Positions 27,135-39,183 of a stretch of 64,000 bases of DNA are shown here, one piece after another. The position numbers and the translations under genes are program-made. This DNA is from Paramecium tetraurelia (lineage: Eukaryota), in assembly GCA_000165425.1 (NCBI GenBank), contig CT868681.1, positions 124,001 to 188,000 on the forward strand. The letters are read 5' to 3'. Position 1 is the first letter of the stretch. Each line of letters starts with the position of its first letter. Under the pieces are notes generated by a model. It did no database searches, was not told the DNA's origin, and saw nothing but the letters and a program-made list of their open reading frames with translations.

Positions 27135-28471
27135 ATGAAAAAGAATAATACTAAGAAAACAGCAAATACGAAGGTAAAAGTCAATCCATGTTCAAATGAT
27201 CGTTACTATATGGATTAATCCATCGATGAAGAAGTCTACATTAAAAATAATTATAAAGTTGTTAGAGAATTGGGCAGAGGTGGTTATGGAGTTGTTTATA
27301 AAGCGTACATTAATTATTCTAACTATGTAGGGTTGGATTGAATCAAGGTCAAATTGATAAAAACAAAAAGTATGCCATCAAGGTTAATTTTTCTACTGTG
27401 TCTCCAGAGCTAATATTTGCTGAAATAGGATTTTTGAAATTAATTTATGGCAAAGAAAATATGCCACAATTGGTTAATTTGTTTCTTATTGATCAAAAAA
27501 TATATATCGTCATTGAGTACTTTACATACAAACCCTTCATTGTATCACTCCTACTATATTTTAGACATTCTTTGCTACTTTTGATATGATGGAAGTTAGA
27601 CGATACTTATATGAACTACTTAAAGCCCTGAATGTGTTGAAATAGAATGGAATCTATCACCGCGATGTTAAACCTGGAAACTTTCTCTATAATCCTAAGA
27701 CAGGCAAAGGAATCCTTATTGATTATGGTCTAAGCGAAATTGATAGATCCTTCGTCGCCAAATTGATTGAGAAGGAGAAAGAATTATCCAAGAAGGTATG
27801 GAGTTTCTATTTACTTTAAGCATCCCCAATCAGATGAAGTCTAAGAAATTAGAAGGAAGATTAATTTATACAATGAAATCCAAAAAACTATAGATTAAAT
27901 TGGAAATAATAAAATTGGCACAGAGAGCTTTATGCCCTTAGAAAGCATATTGCATTACCAAGTATTTATAGATAAATAACTATTGAAGGATCAATCGTAT
28001 GAAGTGGATATGTGGGCTGTAGGAGTTATATTCCTACAATTTTTGACTAAGAAGTACAATTTATTCAGCAATGTCCGAATGATTAATAAGCCTGTTGTGA
28101 CTAAAAACTTTTTTTATGTCAACTTCATACTAGAATTGGCTAGTTTGTTCGGCTCTGAATAAGTGAAATAAATATGTGAGCAGTTTGGTAAAATTAAATT
28201 ATTTATCAAAATAGAATATGATCTTAAATTGCCTTCAGTTGTTGCAACCAAACCTGTGTAATGGAAATCAATAATACATATTGATGGATTTGATAGCGAT
28301 GCTGAAGATTTGCTTTCAAGATTACTTTGTTTAAATCCGAAATAGAGAATCAAAGTTGAAGATGGATTGACGCATCCCTTTTTTAAGCCTTTATTAGAAT
28401 AAGAAAAACAAACATAAACAAATTTTTAAGATAATTAAGAAATAATGCAATAAAAACTATAAGAAAATTGA
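27135..28471 (+). CDS. CDC7-like Ser/Thr kinase (divergent)
   Basis: Reads LGRGGYGVVYK, YAIK, GIYHRDVKPGNFLYN and ILIDYGLSE. An insert lies between the DYG and GT motifs, as in CDC7. VDMWAVG follows. Confidence 0.75.
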
Positions 28472-29276
28472 ATTTATTTGATATTTTATCTAACAAGAGC
28501 TTCTCATATTATTAAGATAGCATAATATATTATAAACTTAAAATTACTTTTACAAATAAACAAGATAAATCTAAAACATCCTTACCATCTATTTTTATAA
28601 ATTAGAATGATTGGATTTAAAATATTTTTATTTATATATTTATTCTATATAATAAATTATAATAAATATATAAAATATTAACTTAAAAATAACACATTTG
28701 ATGGTTTATGGTATAGAATTTGATGTAGAGAATTATAAAATAATTGTGTTTATATTACGTGAAGTTCTGTTTTGTTTATATGGATTGTCTCCTGTGAACA
28801 GAATGCTTTGTTGACTTTCAGTTATTTAAGAGCTAGTGTTATTGAAAGTCTTGTGAAAGAACATTATGATTATGGATTATAAAAGAGAGATAATGATCCA
28901 GAGTCGGAGATTGCTCTGCATCATAATGGTTTTAAATTAGAGTATTTAATAAGATACTCTTAATTTGAATCTAATTAAGAGTTTGTATGGTTATTGTAAT
29001 GTATGGATGAATGTTTAAGGGGATTTTTGATATAGATTTGAGATTGAATAATTGCAATATTGTGATTCTGGTGTGCTCAGATTAAATTTTATGATTTAAT
29101 TTAGTGTCTAAATAGGGTGATTTTCTAACAGATTTGACAAGTTTAGATATATGTGAGTGTGATATCGAAAAAAACTAGAGGGAAGTAAAATGTCTGTGAT
29201 TCCAATTATTTTATTTTATAAATATTTGTAATGGCTTCTGAAATGAGGATTGAATAAAAAAAAAATTAAAAAATTA

Positions 29277-31537
29277 ATGACTGACCAAGAAAAGAGCAGT
29301 GATGTTAGACTGGTTTAGGATGGTTAAAAAAATGTCTAAAAACAGAAGACTGGATTAAAATAGATCAATCTTGATAATCTTGTGTATAACAAGCGAGAAC
29401 GAAAGCAAACTGGCGGTCCAGGTTCTTAGTTGTTTTAGTCTTAGCACTTTTAGCTATCCCTTAAATTTAATAGAAAAAAATCGTTTAGAATAAGTAAAGT
29501 TATAAAAAGAAGAATGCTGAACTGCAAACTCCTCCTCGTGAAGAAGTTCAGCAAGTTCAAGAACCAACATTGATCAAATAATAACCAATATCCTGCCAAT
29601 AATTAGTCTTTGAATCTGATAACTCGTCAGATTTTGATCCAAAAATAAAAGCCAAGAAGTCCAAAAAGTTTAGAAGAACGCATAAACGTTTAGATATTGA
29701 AGATTCATCAGATGAGGAGCAGTATAAACGAAGACTCATCTTGAAAAGAGTTAATAAAATATTCAAGAAATCTTATGAGTAAAAACAAATCTTAGCTTCA
29801 GGAAGTGAATAAGAAAATCTTGTAAAAGAATTATTCAAAAATATTTATGTAAAAATTTTTAAAGGTATAAAATGTCCATATCTTATAGACATTCAAATAT
29901 CTCCTGCTGAACTCAAGTAGTTATCAAATCCAGAATATTCAACTAGTTAAATAAGTGATTGCAAATAATAAGATGAAGAAATTAAACCAGAAGAATAAAT
30001 TCGTATTTTAACTGAAGATGGAACAGATTTTGAAACCAAACGAAACTTGAAATTGTTGGGAATTGAAAATTCAGAAATTCTATCCAAATTGGGTGAAGTT
30101 AAGTCTTATATTAATTGTGATATACGATATTTTAATTTAGACTTTTTGGTAGAAAAAGTGGGTGGTTTTGATGGTATTTAATAATAATATTCTATTTAGT
30201 TGTTTTGATGGATCCACCTTGGAGAATTAAAGGAGGACAATAAAATGATTCGTCCTTTATGTTTACTAATAGCAAATTCTCACTTGATTACAACACTATG
30301 AGCAATTAAGAGATTATGGATATCAAAATTGAAAAATTGAGTAAGAAAGGATTTTTGTTTCTTTGGATTCTCAATACATAACTAAACATAGCATATGAAA
30401 TGGCTAGCAAATGGGGATATGAGATTGTTGATCAAATTATTTGGGTTAAACTAAATCCTTAAGGAAATAATGTGTATCTTTCTACAGGATATTATTTTAT
30501 GCACTCTTTCGAAATATGTTTAGTTGGGTATTACATTATTTCAATATATTAATAGATATAAATGTCCTCCAGGGGAACATGTAGAGTATCATTCTAAAAT
30601 ATCTAACAATATAATCTTCAGTCCAGTAAGGAACAAATCACAGAAACCTATAGAAATGTATGAAATCATAGAAATAATGATGCCTGGAGCTAAAAAGGTA
30701 GAAATCTTTGCTAGGAATAATAATCTAAGACATGGATGGTTTTCAATAGGTAATTAATTGGGAGAAACATATTAAAAATGGTTAGTTTAAATTAGTTGCA
30801 ATGTGTGTGGAATTGCATTATAACCTGGAATATGTAGATACAAATCAAAAAAGATAGCCAATTTTGATATTTGTTAATAATGTTATGATAAGAAGATAAG
30901 CGAAGGAGAATTTAAAGAGAGTGAAATATTCTTTTTGGCTAATAAGGCTGATGAAGAAGTGCTACATTAATATCATCAATGCAATAGGTGTGATTAGAAT
31001 CCTATTTGGGGTCCAAGATTTGAATGTATCACATGTGACAACTATGATTGTTGTGAAGCATGCTTTGATAATCTACTCCAATCTGGAGATTTAACTCATA
31101 TGGATCATGATTTCAAAGTAATTGAATTACCAACATTTGCTGAAGGCATCCCTTGTCATGATGCAAAATGTAATGGATGCTTTTAGAAACCCATCCTAGG
31201 TGTTTAATTTATTTGCAAATAATGTACTAACTTTAGTTTATGTAATATTTAAAATTATGTAGGTTAAAACTGTTTCTTTACAAGAACTCAATCTGAATTA
31301 AATGGGCAAAGACATAAAGCAGATCATCGATTTGAACCAATTTATGAAGTCTAGAATTTCTCTAAGAAAACTTACAAATGTCAAGGATGTGAATTAGAAA
31401 AAGCAGGATGTGTTTACAAATGTGAAAATTGTTTTGGATTCTATTTTTGTGAAGAATGTTTTGCCCTTAAGAAAGATGATTGGAAATGTTATGTTGCTAC
31501 AAGTCATAAAAATTATCATACATTTATTAAGATATGA
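29277..31537 (+). CDS. MT-A70 family N6-adenine methyltransferase with C-terminal ZZ-type zinc fingers (AMT2/AMT5-like)
   Basis: Catalytic LMDPPW, then GFLFLWILN, WGYEIVDQIIWVK, GYYFMHSFEICLVG, SQKPIEMYEIIE and KVEIFARNNNLRHGWFSIGNQ. Four CxxC...CxxC...CxxC ZZ-like fingers follow. Confidence 0.9.
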
Positions 31538-31757
31538 TATTATGAATCAAATTTTAATATTTTATATCCAAATTCCTGTGATAGTATTTATTATTAAGTT
31601 ATTCTCTTCCGCTTATTTTTTAATCATTTTTATTAAAAGCTATTCAAAAATATATTTTGATCATATTATAAAGAATATCTTAATCATATAACTCTTTTTA
31701 CTTATATAATAAGTTTCATTCTTATTTTATTAAAATTATAAAAGAAATAATAATTAT

Positions 31758-32777
31758 ATGTTGAAAAAGAAAGGTTCAGAATAATTAGATATCATATTTG
31801 AGGCAGGAGAGGATCTTTTGAACTTCTCTAAAAATCAAGTCATCATGATAAAGAATAATTCTATTAAGCTGCCGATCATTAGACCAAGAACATTTTTATC
31901 ATATAGTCTTGAATTTTGTGGGATTACAGGTCTCAATTACAAGATGCTCAGATTTCAATCATTGGGCAGAGATATTAGAGTACTTTAACACTATATTACA
32001 AGCCTGAAACTAGTATCATGACATCATGCTTAGTAAAAGTAATACATACAACAGAGTTTTCATAAATGGCATAAAATCCCTTAAAAACTTCATTCTAAGG
32101 GTTGTTTATACAGGGGTTTCATAGCGATATCCTGCTTTAAATTAATGAAGAAAGTGTATTTGAATTGTTAATTAAAAGCCAATACCATTACACAAATGTA
32201 TTTTAGCGTGTAGATCACCAAAGTTTAGTGGAATGTTTTCATCGAACATGATCGAAAGCAATCAAACTTTAGTTAAGGTCGAGCATAAGAAACCTGATTT
32301 ATTTAAGGTCATGTTATAATGGATTTATTGTGGGTATTGGAAAGAAGTACCCTAATTTTATAATTAGTTTAGTTTCCAGAAGAAATTGAAGATACTTGTG
32401 ATTTAATGTTACTTGCAGATGAATATTTAATCACCGATCTTAAATAGAAGTGTGAAGAAGATATTATTTCTAAATTAGATAGCAGCAATATATTATAAAT
32501 ATTGTTATTTGTAGAAAAGCACTCAAATATCATATCATAACAACTTTTGGAAAAAACTAATTCGATGTTCATAGATGACTTTGATAAGATCCATAAATTA
32601 AATCCAAATTTAGAACAAGATATAACAAGAGTGCCTGGTTTAATGACAAAGCTATTTGAAAATTTGCATTAGAAAAAAATAAGAAAAGGGAGAAAAGTTC
32701 ATTTTGTTGTTGATGATTTTGAAGAATCCGATTCTGATGACTATGTTAGAAATTATACACAACATTTCTACTAATGA
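31758..32777 (+). CDS. BTB/POZ domain protein
   Basis: Reads FHSDILLQI...LHKCILACRSPKFSGMFSSNMIES, FKVMLQWIYCG and LMLLADEYLITDLKQKCEE. Confidence 0.85.
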
Positions 32778-33048
32778 TTATAAGATGATTATCAAATTAT
32801 ATATAAATATTTATATAAAATTTTAGATTATCTAAGTTTATAATCTCTTTAATATTTATTCTTTGAAAACAAAATGAACAAAATTTGCAATTTACCCTAG
32901 AAATAGAGTAAGGCAAGAATCTTATAAGTTCATTAAACTAGCAAATATGTGTTCTAATAATTTTTCGTCATATTATTGACCAATAGTATTTATTGGTATA
33001 AGGGCGTACTCCATTCATTAGCTAAACTTTTGGATTATTAATAACAAA

Positions 33049-33129
33049 GTTGATGTGGCCGAGTTGGTCTAAGGCGTTGGATTTAGGCTCCAATCCGCAA
33101 GGGCGCGAGTTCAAATCTCGCTGTCAACA
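33049..33129 (+). tRNA. tRNA-Leu, anticodon TAG
   Basis: Acceptor stem GTTGATG/TGTCAAC, A box TGGCCGAGTTGG, anticodon arm TTGGA-TTTAGGC-TCCAA, long variable arm and T arm GCGAG-TTCAAAT-CTCGC. An oligo-T Pol III terminator follows. Confidence 0.93.
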
Positions 33130-33393
33130 TAATTTTTTTTATTCAAAATTAAAAAATTTATATTTGTAAAAAATGAGATTAATAATAATACTAAATATAT
33201 TCATGTTATTTTCTTTTAAAATGAATAAATAAATAGTATTAGGTTAATACATTCTTCCCATTATAAATCTCTTTAAAATTAGGTTAACACCCTCTCTTTA
33301 TAATATTAATCAAATTGAAACAATTTAAATTTTTATTATTTTTCAATACAGAAAGTTTTCTTTATAATTTGATAATTAATATAAATATATTAA

Positions 33394-34651
33394 ATGCAAG
33401 TTTCTTGTCGGACAAAAAATGTGAATAAGTATTATAAAGTAATAGGTGAAGTTGGATCCGGTACTTATGGTAAGGTTTATAAAGCTAGGTGTCTAAAAAC
33501 GAATGATTTTGTGGCTTTAAAGAAAATTGATACTAAAGATTAGAAAATAATGGCTGAAGGTATTATAATTGAGCATTTATTAAGGATTTCCAATAACTGC
33601 AATAAGAGAGATCAAATTATTGAAAATAGTGAATCACAAAAATATATTAAGATTAAGGGAGATAATAATAAGCAAAGCCTCTTTTAGAAATAATTTTAGA
33701 GGATCTACCTTTTTAGTATTTGATTATTATGATCATGATTTTGCTGGGCTTCATAGACAGCGAAACATCTTTACACTCCCACAAATAAAATGCATTTTCC
33801 AATAATTATTAGAGGGCGTCAAGTATCTTCATGAAAGCAAGATCATTCATCGAGATTTGAAATGCGCTAACATACTAATGAATAATAAAGGATAGGTGAC
33901 TCTGGCTGATTTTGGTCTAGCCAGAACACTATCAAATGTGAATAATCCAAAATATACCTACAAAGTAGTCACCTTATGGTATAGAGCCCCTGAATTGCTC
34001 CTGGGATAAACCAATTATAACACCTAGATTGATATGTGGAGTCTTGGTTGTATCTTTGCTGAGTTGATTACAGGAGAAGTGCTTTTCAAAGGAGATATCG
34101 AATTCAGATAAATGGAAAGGATTTATGAGTTGTGCGGGAGTGCAACTGAATCGAATTGGCCAAATTGTGTTAAGTTGAGACAATGGGAAGAGTTTAAACC
34201 AAGAAGGAATTACGAAAGACTATTGGTCAAGCATATTAAAGAGGTTTGTTCAGCTTAAAATAAATAAATTGATTAAGTGACTTTAGATCTCATAGATCAT
34301 CTCTTGATATTGGATCCAGAAAAAAGGTTAAATTCAGTATAAGCATTGAATCATGATTTTTTCAAACAGGAACCAAAACCTTGTTAACCTAGTGAAATGC
34401 CTTAATTTGAAAAAGAATTCCATGAAACATTGTTAAAAAACGAAATGAGATTACAATAGCAAAGACTCGAAAGATAATAAATTAGACCATTATCAACTAA
34501 TACATAGAAACTTTAAAAGGTTGTGCGAGAAGAGAGAAATACATCAAAGCCTTAATAATCATCTCCTTCCAGAAATAAACAAGAACTAGATTTTGAAGAT
34601 TTAATAAAACTTGAACTTGCATAGGAAAAGAAAAAAGTAAAATTAAATTGA
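33394..34651 (+). CDS. Transcriptional CDK (CDK9/CDK12/CDKC-like)
   Basis: Reads [44 protein letters not shown] and [18 protein letters not shown]. Confidence 0.9.
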
Positions 34652-36037
34652 ATATGATTTCTATATATCAAATTAATATGTAGCCTGTATTGAGCGACGG
34701 TGTTCCATTTTGTAATAATCTTGCGTTATTGGTTTAATAGTCAATCTAATAATTATACCTGATAGTTACTTCATTTACTACCTAGTATTGTTCATGATGT
34801 TTTTAATTGTTTGGTAAATTTGTAATAAAAATCAAAAATGAAACAAAATAATGATACTACAGAAAACTATTACAAATTAGCACAAACATTAAATTTAACT
34901 TCATATTAATAGTTGAAATATAAATTATGGAAATCAAAAATGAAGTATCCCCAAAAAGAAGATCATTAATTTAGATCTATTTTAGAATTAGTGAATAATA
35001 GAATATGCTTTTAGTGCTTAGATCTATATATTCTCGAGTATAAGGTCAAGAAGATTAAAAGTAGATAAATCCTTATTTACTTCTTAAAATATAACTAATT
35101 GGTTTTTTCAATCCATAGATTAAAGCATTATAAAAGAGATTTGGTCAAAAGTTTAACAATGAATGCTTTTGTTTATAAATATCTTTGTAAATTTAATCGA
35201 CTTTTATTATTACTCATCGAGCATCAAGTTATATAAATTTCTCTAATTATAATGTTCAATTTTTAAAGGAAGAATTAATATTGTCTATAGCCTAAGTTTA
35301 TATATAATGAATTGGTGCCATCACTTTTTAAATTACCTTTCTCAAAATCAAGTTTTGTTATAGGTTAACCATTGTAAGAGTAAAATCTTAATGAAGAGGG
35401 AAAGATAATTTAATTTGATAAGACATTAAGATTTTAATATTCATTAACAAATATAGTTCGTATGTATGTTAAAAAGTTATCAAATCAATGTAACAATTTA
35501 TATTGGCTCATGTTAAAATAGAAATCACCTAAAAACAGAGACTCAGATATATTTTAAAAGATATCATATAAATGAGAATAAATTTTGTTATAGATTCATA
35601 TGTTTTACTTTTACCTTTTTGCCTTGTTTTTGATTTTAGACCTATAAATTCACAAAATTAAAATATAGAAAATTATTTTTCATTAAAATTATATATTTAT
35701 AAAAAATCTTATTATAAAAGCTATTTTAATTTAGAATTTTCTGGTTGATTAATTTGTCTAATTGGTTTGATAAGAGCTTGAAATTATCAATCAGCTTGAT
35801 AAACACATCCTTGCATTATTTTAAAGTAGGGTTTGATTTTTTGTCAGATTAAGAATTTGCATCTATGGCAATTTTTTATTTTAACTTACGTTATACTAAA
35901 TATTTTCTAACAGTTTCTATTTCCTTAGTGAGAAATACAAAGATTGTTCGTAATATCTATTCAAGCATACAAGCTGATCATCATTGAATTCTATATGTTA
36001 AATAAGGATAAGAAAAAAAAATGAATTATATTATTGG

Positions 36038-36298
36038 TCATTTCAGCATAAGAAGAAATTTTTTATTTAGATTATTTGCCCCTGGAGATAATCTTTACGA
36101 CTTATAGTCTTCTTTTATTTCTTCAATTGGTTCTTCGTCAATATTTAGTAAAACATGACTGACATATTGAACCTCCTGTAAGGGCTTTGAAAAGAAAACC
36201 CTAGATTTTATGCTAGTTAAGGATGGATTATAACTGCTTTTAATTACTTGTTGAATTTCCTTTTCACTCTATAGCTTTGCACAGCATGAACTACCCAT
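36038..36298 (-). CDS. Small N-acylated protein family member C, 86 aa
   Basis: Intronless: MGSSCCAKLQSEKEIQ...NNLNKKFLLMLK then TGA. Confidence 0.7.
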
Positions 36299-36313
36299 TT
36301 TTTAATTAATTTT

Positions 36314-36791
36314 ATGAATTAATAAAGTGTGTTCAATTCAAAATTGCAATAAGCCCTGGATTGCCTCATTGACGATTCTCTCAAGCCATTTGATCCTTAT
36401 AGATTTGTAACCATCATGGAAACAAAATAAATTTAACAAGGGAGTGCTGAATAACCAAATAAAGTTAATAAGGAGATTCCGCACGAATTGAAAAGTTAGA
36501 AAACTCGTGAAACGCTGTACTTGTTATAAAGTAAAATTAAACAAGAATTGCATGTAAAGATTTGCTAAATGATTTTAGGAAAGATTTTCAAACATAACTG
36601 CGAAAACAAATATTCCGACAGTGCTTGAGCAATTTGAGGAGTAATACTATTAAAGACAGTGTCTAAGAAACTTAGACATATACTAGGATTAGAGAGAATT
36701 CTTAATTTGTTCATAGAATTATGATGAAGACAATCTTATAAACTCACTAATTAATGAAGCTATTTTTGATTCAATATAATAAAATTTATGA
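36314..36791 (+). CDS. Hypothetical protein
   Basis: Starts MNQQSVFNSKLQQALDCLIDD. A 25-nt intron near 36554-36578 restores the frame to ...LINEAIFDSIQQNL then TGA. Confidence 0.5.
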
Positions 36792-37086
36792 AACAAATCA
36801 GGATAAATCTCAAATAATTATGCCATTTTTATATCGCATTTCGTTAACAAAAGATCAATAACTAATATGTTTAATTAAGAATAATTTAAAGATAGAAATT
36901 CATTCTCTTTTTATGTTCAAAATAAAGGAACAAAGTTAGAAATTTATAATTAAATTTTCTAGAATTTAAATACAAATTTTATCTTCCCAATAGATTCTGT
37001 TTTAAAGTGTTCAAATACAAAAAGATAAAAAGACTTTGCACTTTAAAAAATCATACAATTATATTATTCTATATTATAAATTTATT

Positions 37087-37559
37087 TCATTAGCTTGATG
37101 ATGAAATTTCTTCTACTTTGGTGATTGAGTTAGCAGATTGGTTCCAGGGACTAATTTATAAGGATAATTATACACAACATATTATTGAACTTCGAAGATT
37201 CTTTTTGCATCGTCTTTTGCATATTAAACAAGAACTTTATAGTTTATTCCTGCCACGACTTGAGTAGTCACTTGAAGTAGCTTTTCATATTCATATCCAT
37301 CTTTGGATAAATTATATTTAGCTTCAACAGCATCTAAAGATGTTATAAGAATGCTATTGTTTTGTTATTCAAATTCCTCTAATGGTTACTAAAATTTTTA
37401 AACTTATATTACTTTGATCCAACCACCAGACATTTGTTTTTCTTGTAAACTTGATTGATGTTCTTGAATAATTTACGATAGTTTGTGTCTTAGTCCAATT
37501 GTTTCAAGACTGCAATTGGCAAAACAAAGGATTAGAGCGATAAATAAAATTGCTTTCAT
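37087..37559 (-). CDS. Secreted cystatin (cysteine protease inhibitor)
   Basis: Signal peptide MKAILFIALILCFANC, N-terminal SGGW, the cystatin motif QVVAG and a C-terminal PW. Two introns. Confidence 0.82.
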
Positions 37560-37609
37560 AAAATAATAAAAATAATAAAATATTAGGATTAAAAATTACA
37601 TAAATTTGA

Positions 37610-39068
37610 TCAATTTTTGGGGATAGGATCATCATGATCAGCAATCAAATACATCATACTAGCAATGGCAATGACATTATCATCCATATCATCGGCATTC
37701 ATCATCCACATGGAGTCTCCAGCAGTATGATGATATGCAAAATAGAAATCATGGGTCTCATTATCTTCTATTTTATTGTTCATAATTGGAGTTCCTGTAG
37801 CAGCCCTTAAAGCCGCACTATCAGCTTAACTTCCTGCATTGGGTAGTATCTACTCAGCTCCTATTTCAGTCAAATATTCTTAGGCCAAATAAGTGATAAG
37901 TTGTCTAAACTAAATTAGATAAATACGTGAATCTTTCTCCTCCTGTGACACCAAAACCATATGGTTTAGTAGATCCAAGATCTGATTCAAATGCAACTAC
38001 ATGGTTTTCTTAAGAATGAGTCTTTGCATAATGTTAAGCACCATCATTAGCCATACCCATTTCTTCTCCACTCCAAGCGATGAATCTGATGGTTCTCTTA
38101 GGTTTAATACCTAAATGTTTCAACACTTTCAAAGCCTCTAGACACTCTAATACTCCAGCTCCATCATCATTAGCACCTGTCTAAGATCCCACATCCCATG
38201 AATCCCAATGACCACCCATTAATACGATTTCATCTGGATATTTTGATCCTTTGATTTCTGCCAATATATTATCACTTGTGGTTTTATATTATTATCCACC
38301 AGTCTTAATCTCAATCACAACTTTCTAGCCTCTCTATCTCATTCTATCTATCATATCTGCATCTTCAACTGTGATTGCAACAGCTGGATATTTGATATTT
38401 TGATAATTTGTCATTCCCTATATTTTATAGTATATATACATACCGTATGTGGTGACGAAATCGAGACACTTGCAACACTTCTTAGAATTGTTCCTACAGC
38501 TCCTGCATCTTCTGCCAACTTGGGTCCATTTGTTCTAAATTTTACCCCAGCAGAGTATCCTTTCCACTCATAGTTAAAACATACGATCTTTCCTTTAACA
38601 TCTTTAGTTTGTAATTCTTCGAACGAATGAACAACTTCAACCTCTGCTTTCACAGTTCCTGCTGGAGTCCATCCCAAACCAATCATATTTAATTTCTAAG
38701 GGTACTATCTTGGCTCATATAAAGTCACACTTTCTTCACCTCTTTTCCAAGATGTGATTTCTCCCAAATTCTCTTTCCAAACCTTGTCAAATCCATAATT
38801 TTATATCTCTTGCACCAGAGCATCTACTGAATCAGCCATATCTTCAGAACCCCACATTCTAGGACCATATGTGTCCACATAATAAGCCAAACGATTATAT
38901 GATGAGTGGTACAATGGCGAATATGGATTTTTGATAGTTTCTCTAATTTACTAAAGATTTATAGGAGAATAATACTTAAATCACATGAGTTTTGACCTAA
39001 TCTTTTTTGTTTCTAAGCATGTAGGCATTTATGCTTAAAAGCAAAACTAAAATTATGATAATTTTCAT
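37610..39068 (-). CDS. Carboxypeptidase Q-like M28 metallopeptidase with PA domain
   Basis: Signal peptide, then YVDTYGPRMWGS, RSVASVSISSPHT, GGHWDSWDVG, ANDDGAG, FIAWSGEEMG, FESDLG and YHHTAGDS. Confidence 0.9.
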
Positions 39069-39183
39069 TTATATCAATTATATAAATTAATGGAAAAAAA
39101 TAAAGAATTAAATATTCTAAAATATGATGATTTTTAAGGAATTCCTAAAGAAGTTATTTGAATATTATTACTAATTATTAAAC

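Noticed and set aside
28500..29270. Strand-skewed region between the CDC7-like and MT-A70 genes
   Set aside because: I could not build a convincing ORF or motif. It may be a decayed gene, but that is unsupported.
33049..33129. Possible Gln tRNA decoding TAG
   Set aside because: The anticodon itself is TAG, which reads CUA (Leu), and the long variable arm fits tRNA-Leu. A UAG-decoding tRNA would have anticodon CTA.
34660..36030. Unusually long AT-rich gap
   Set aside because: No recognisable ORF, RNA structure, terminal repeats or telomeric repeats. Retained-IES or pseudogene status cannot be judged by eye.
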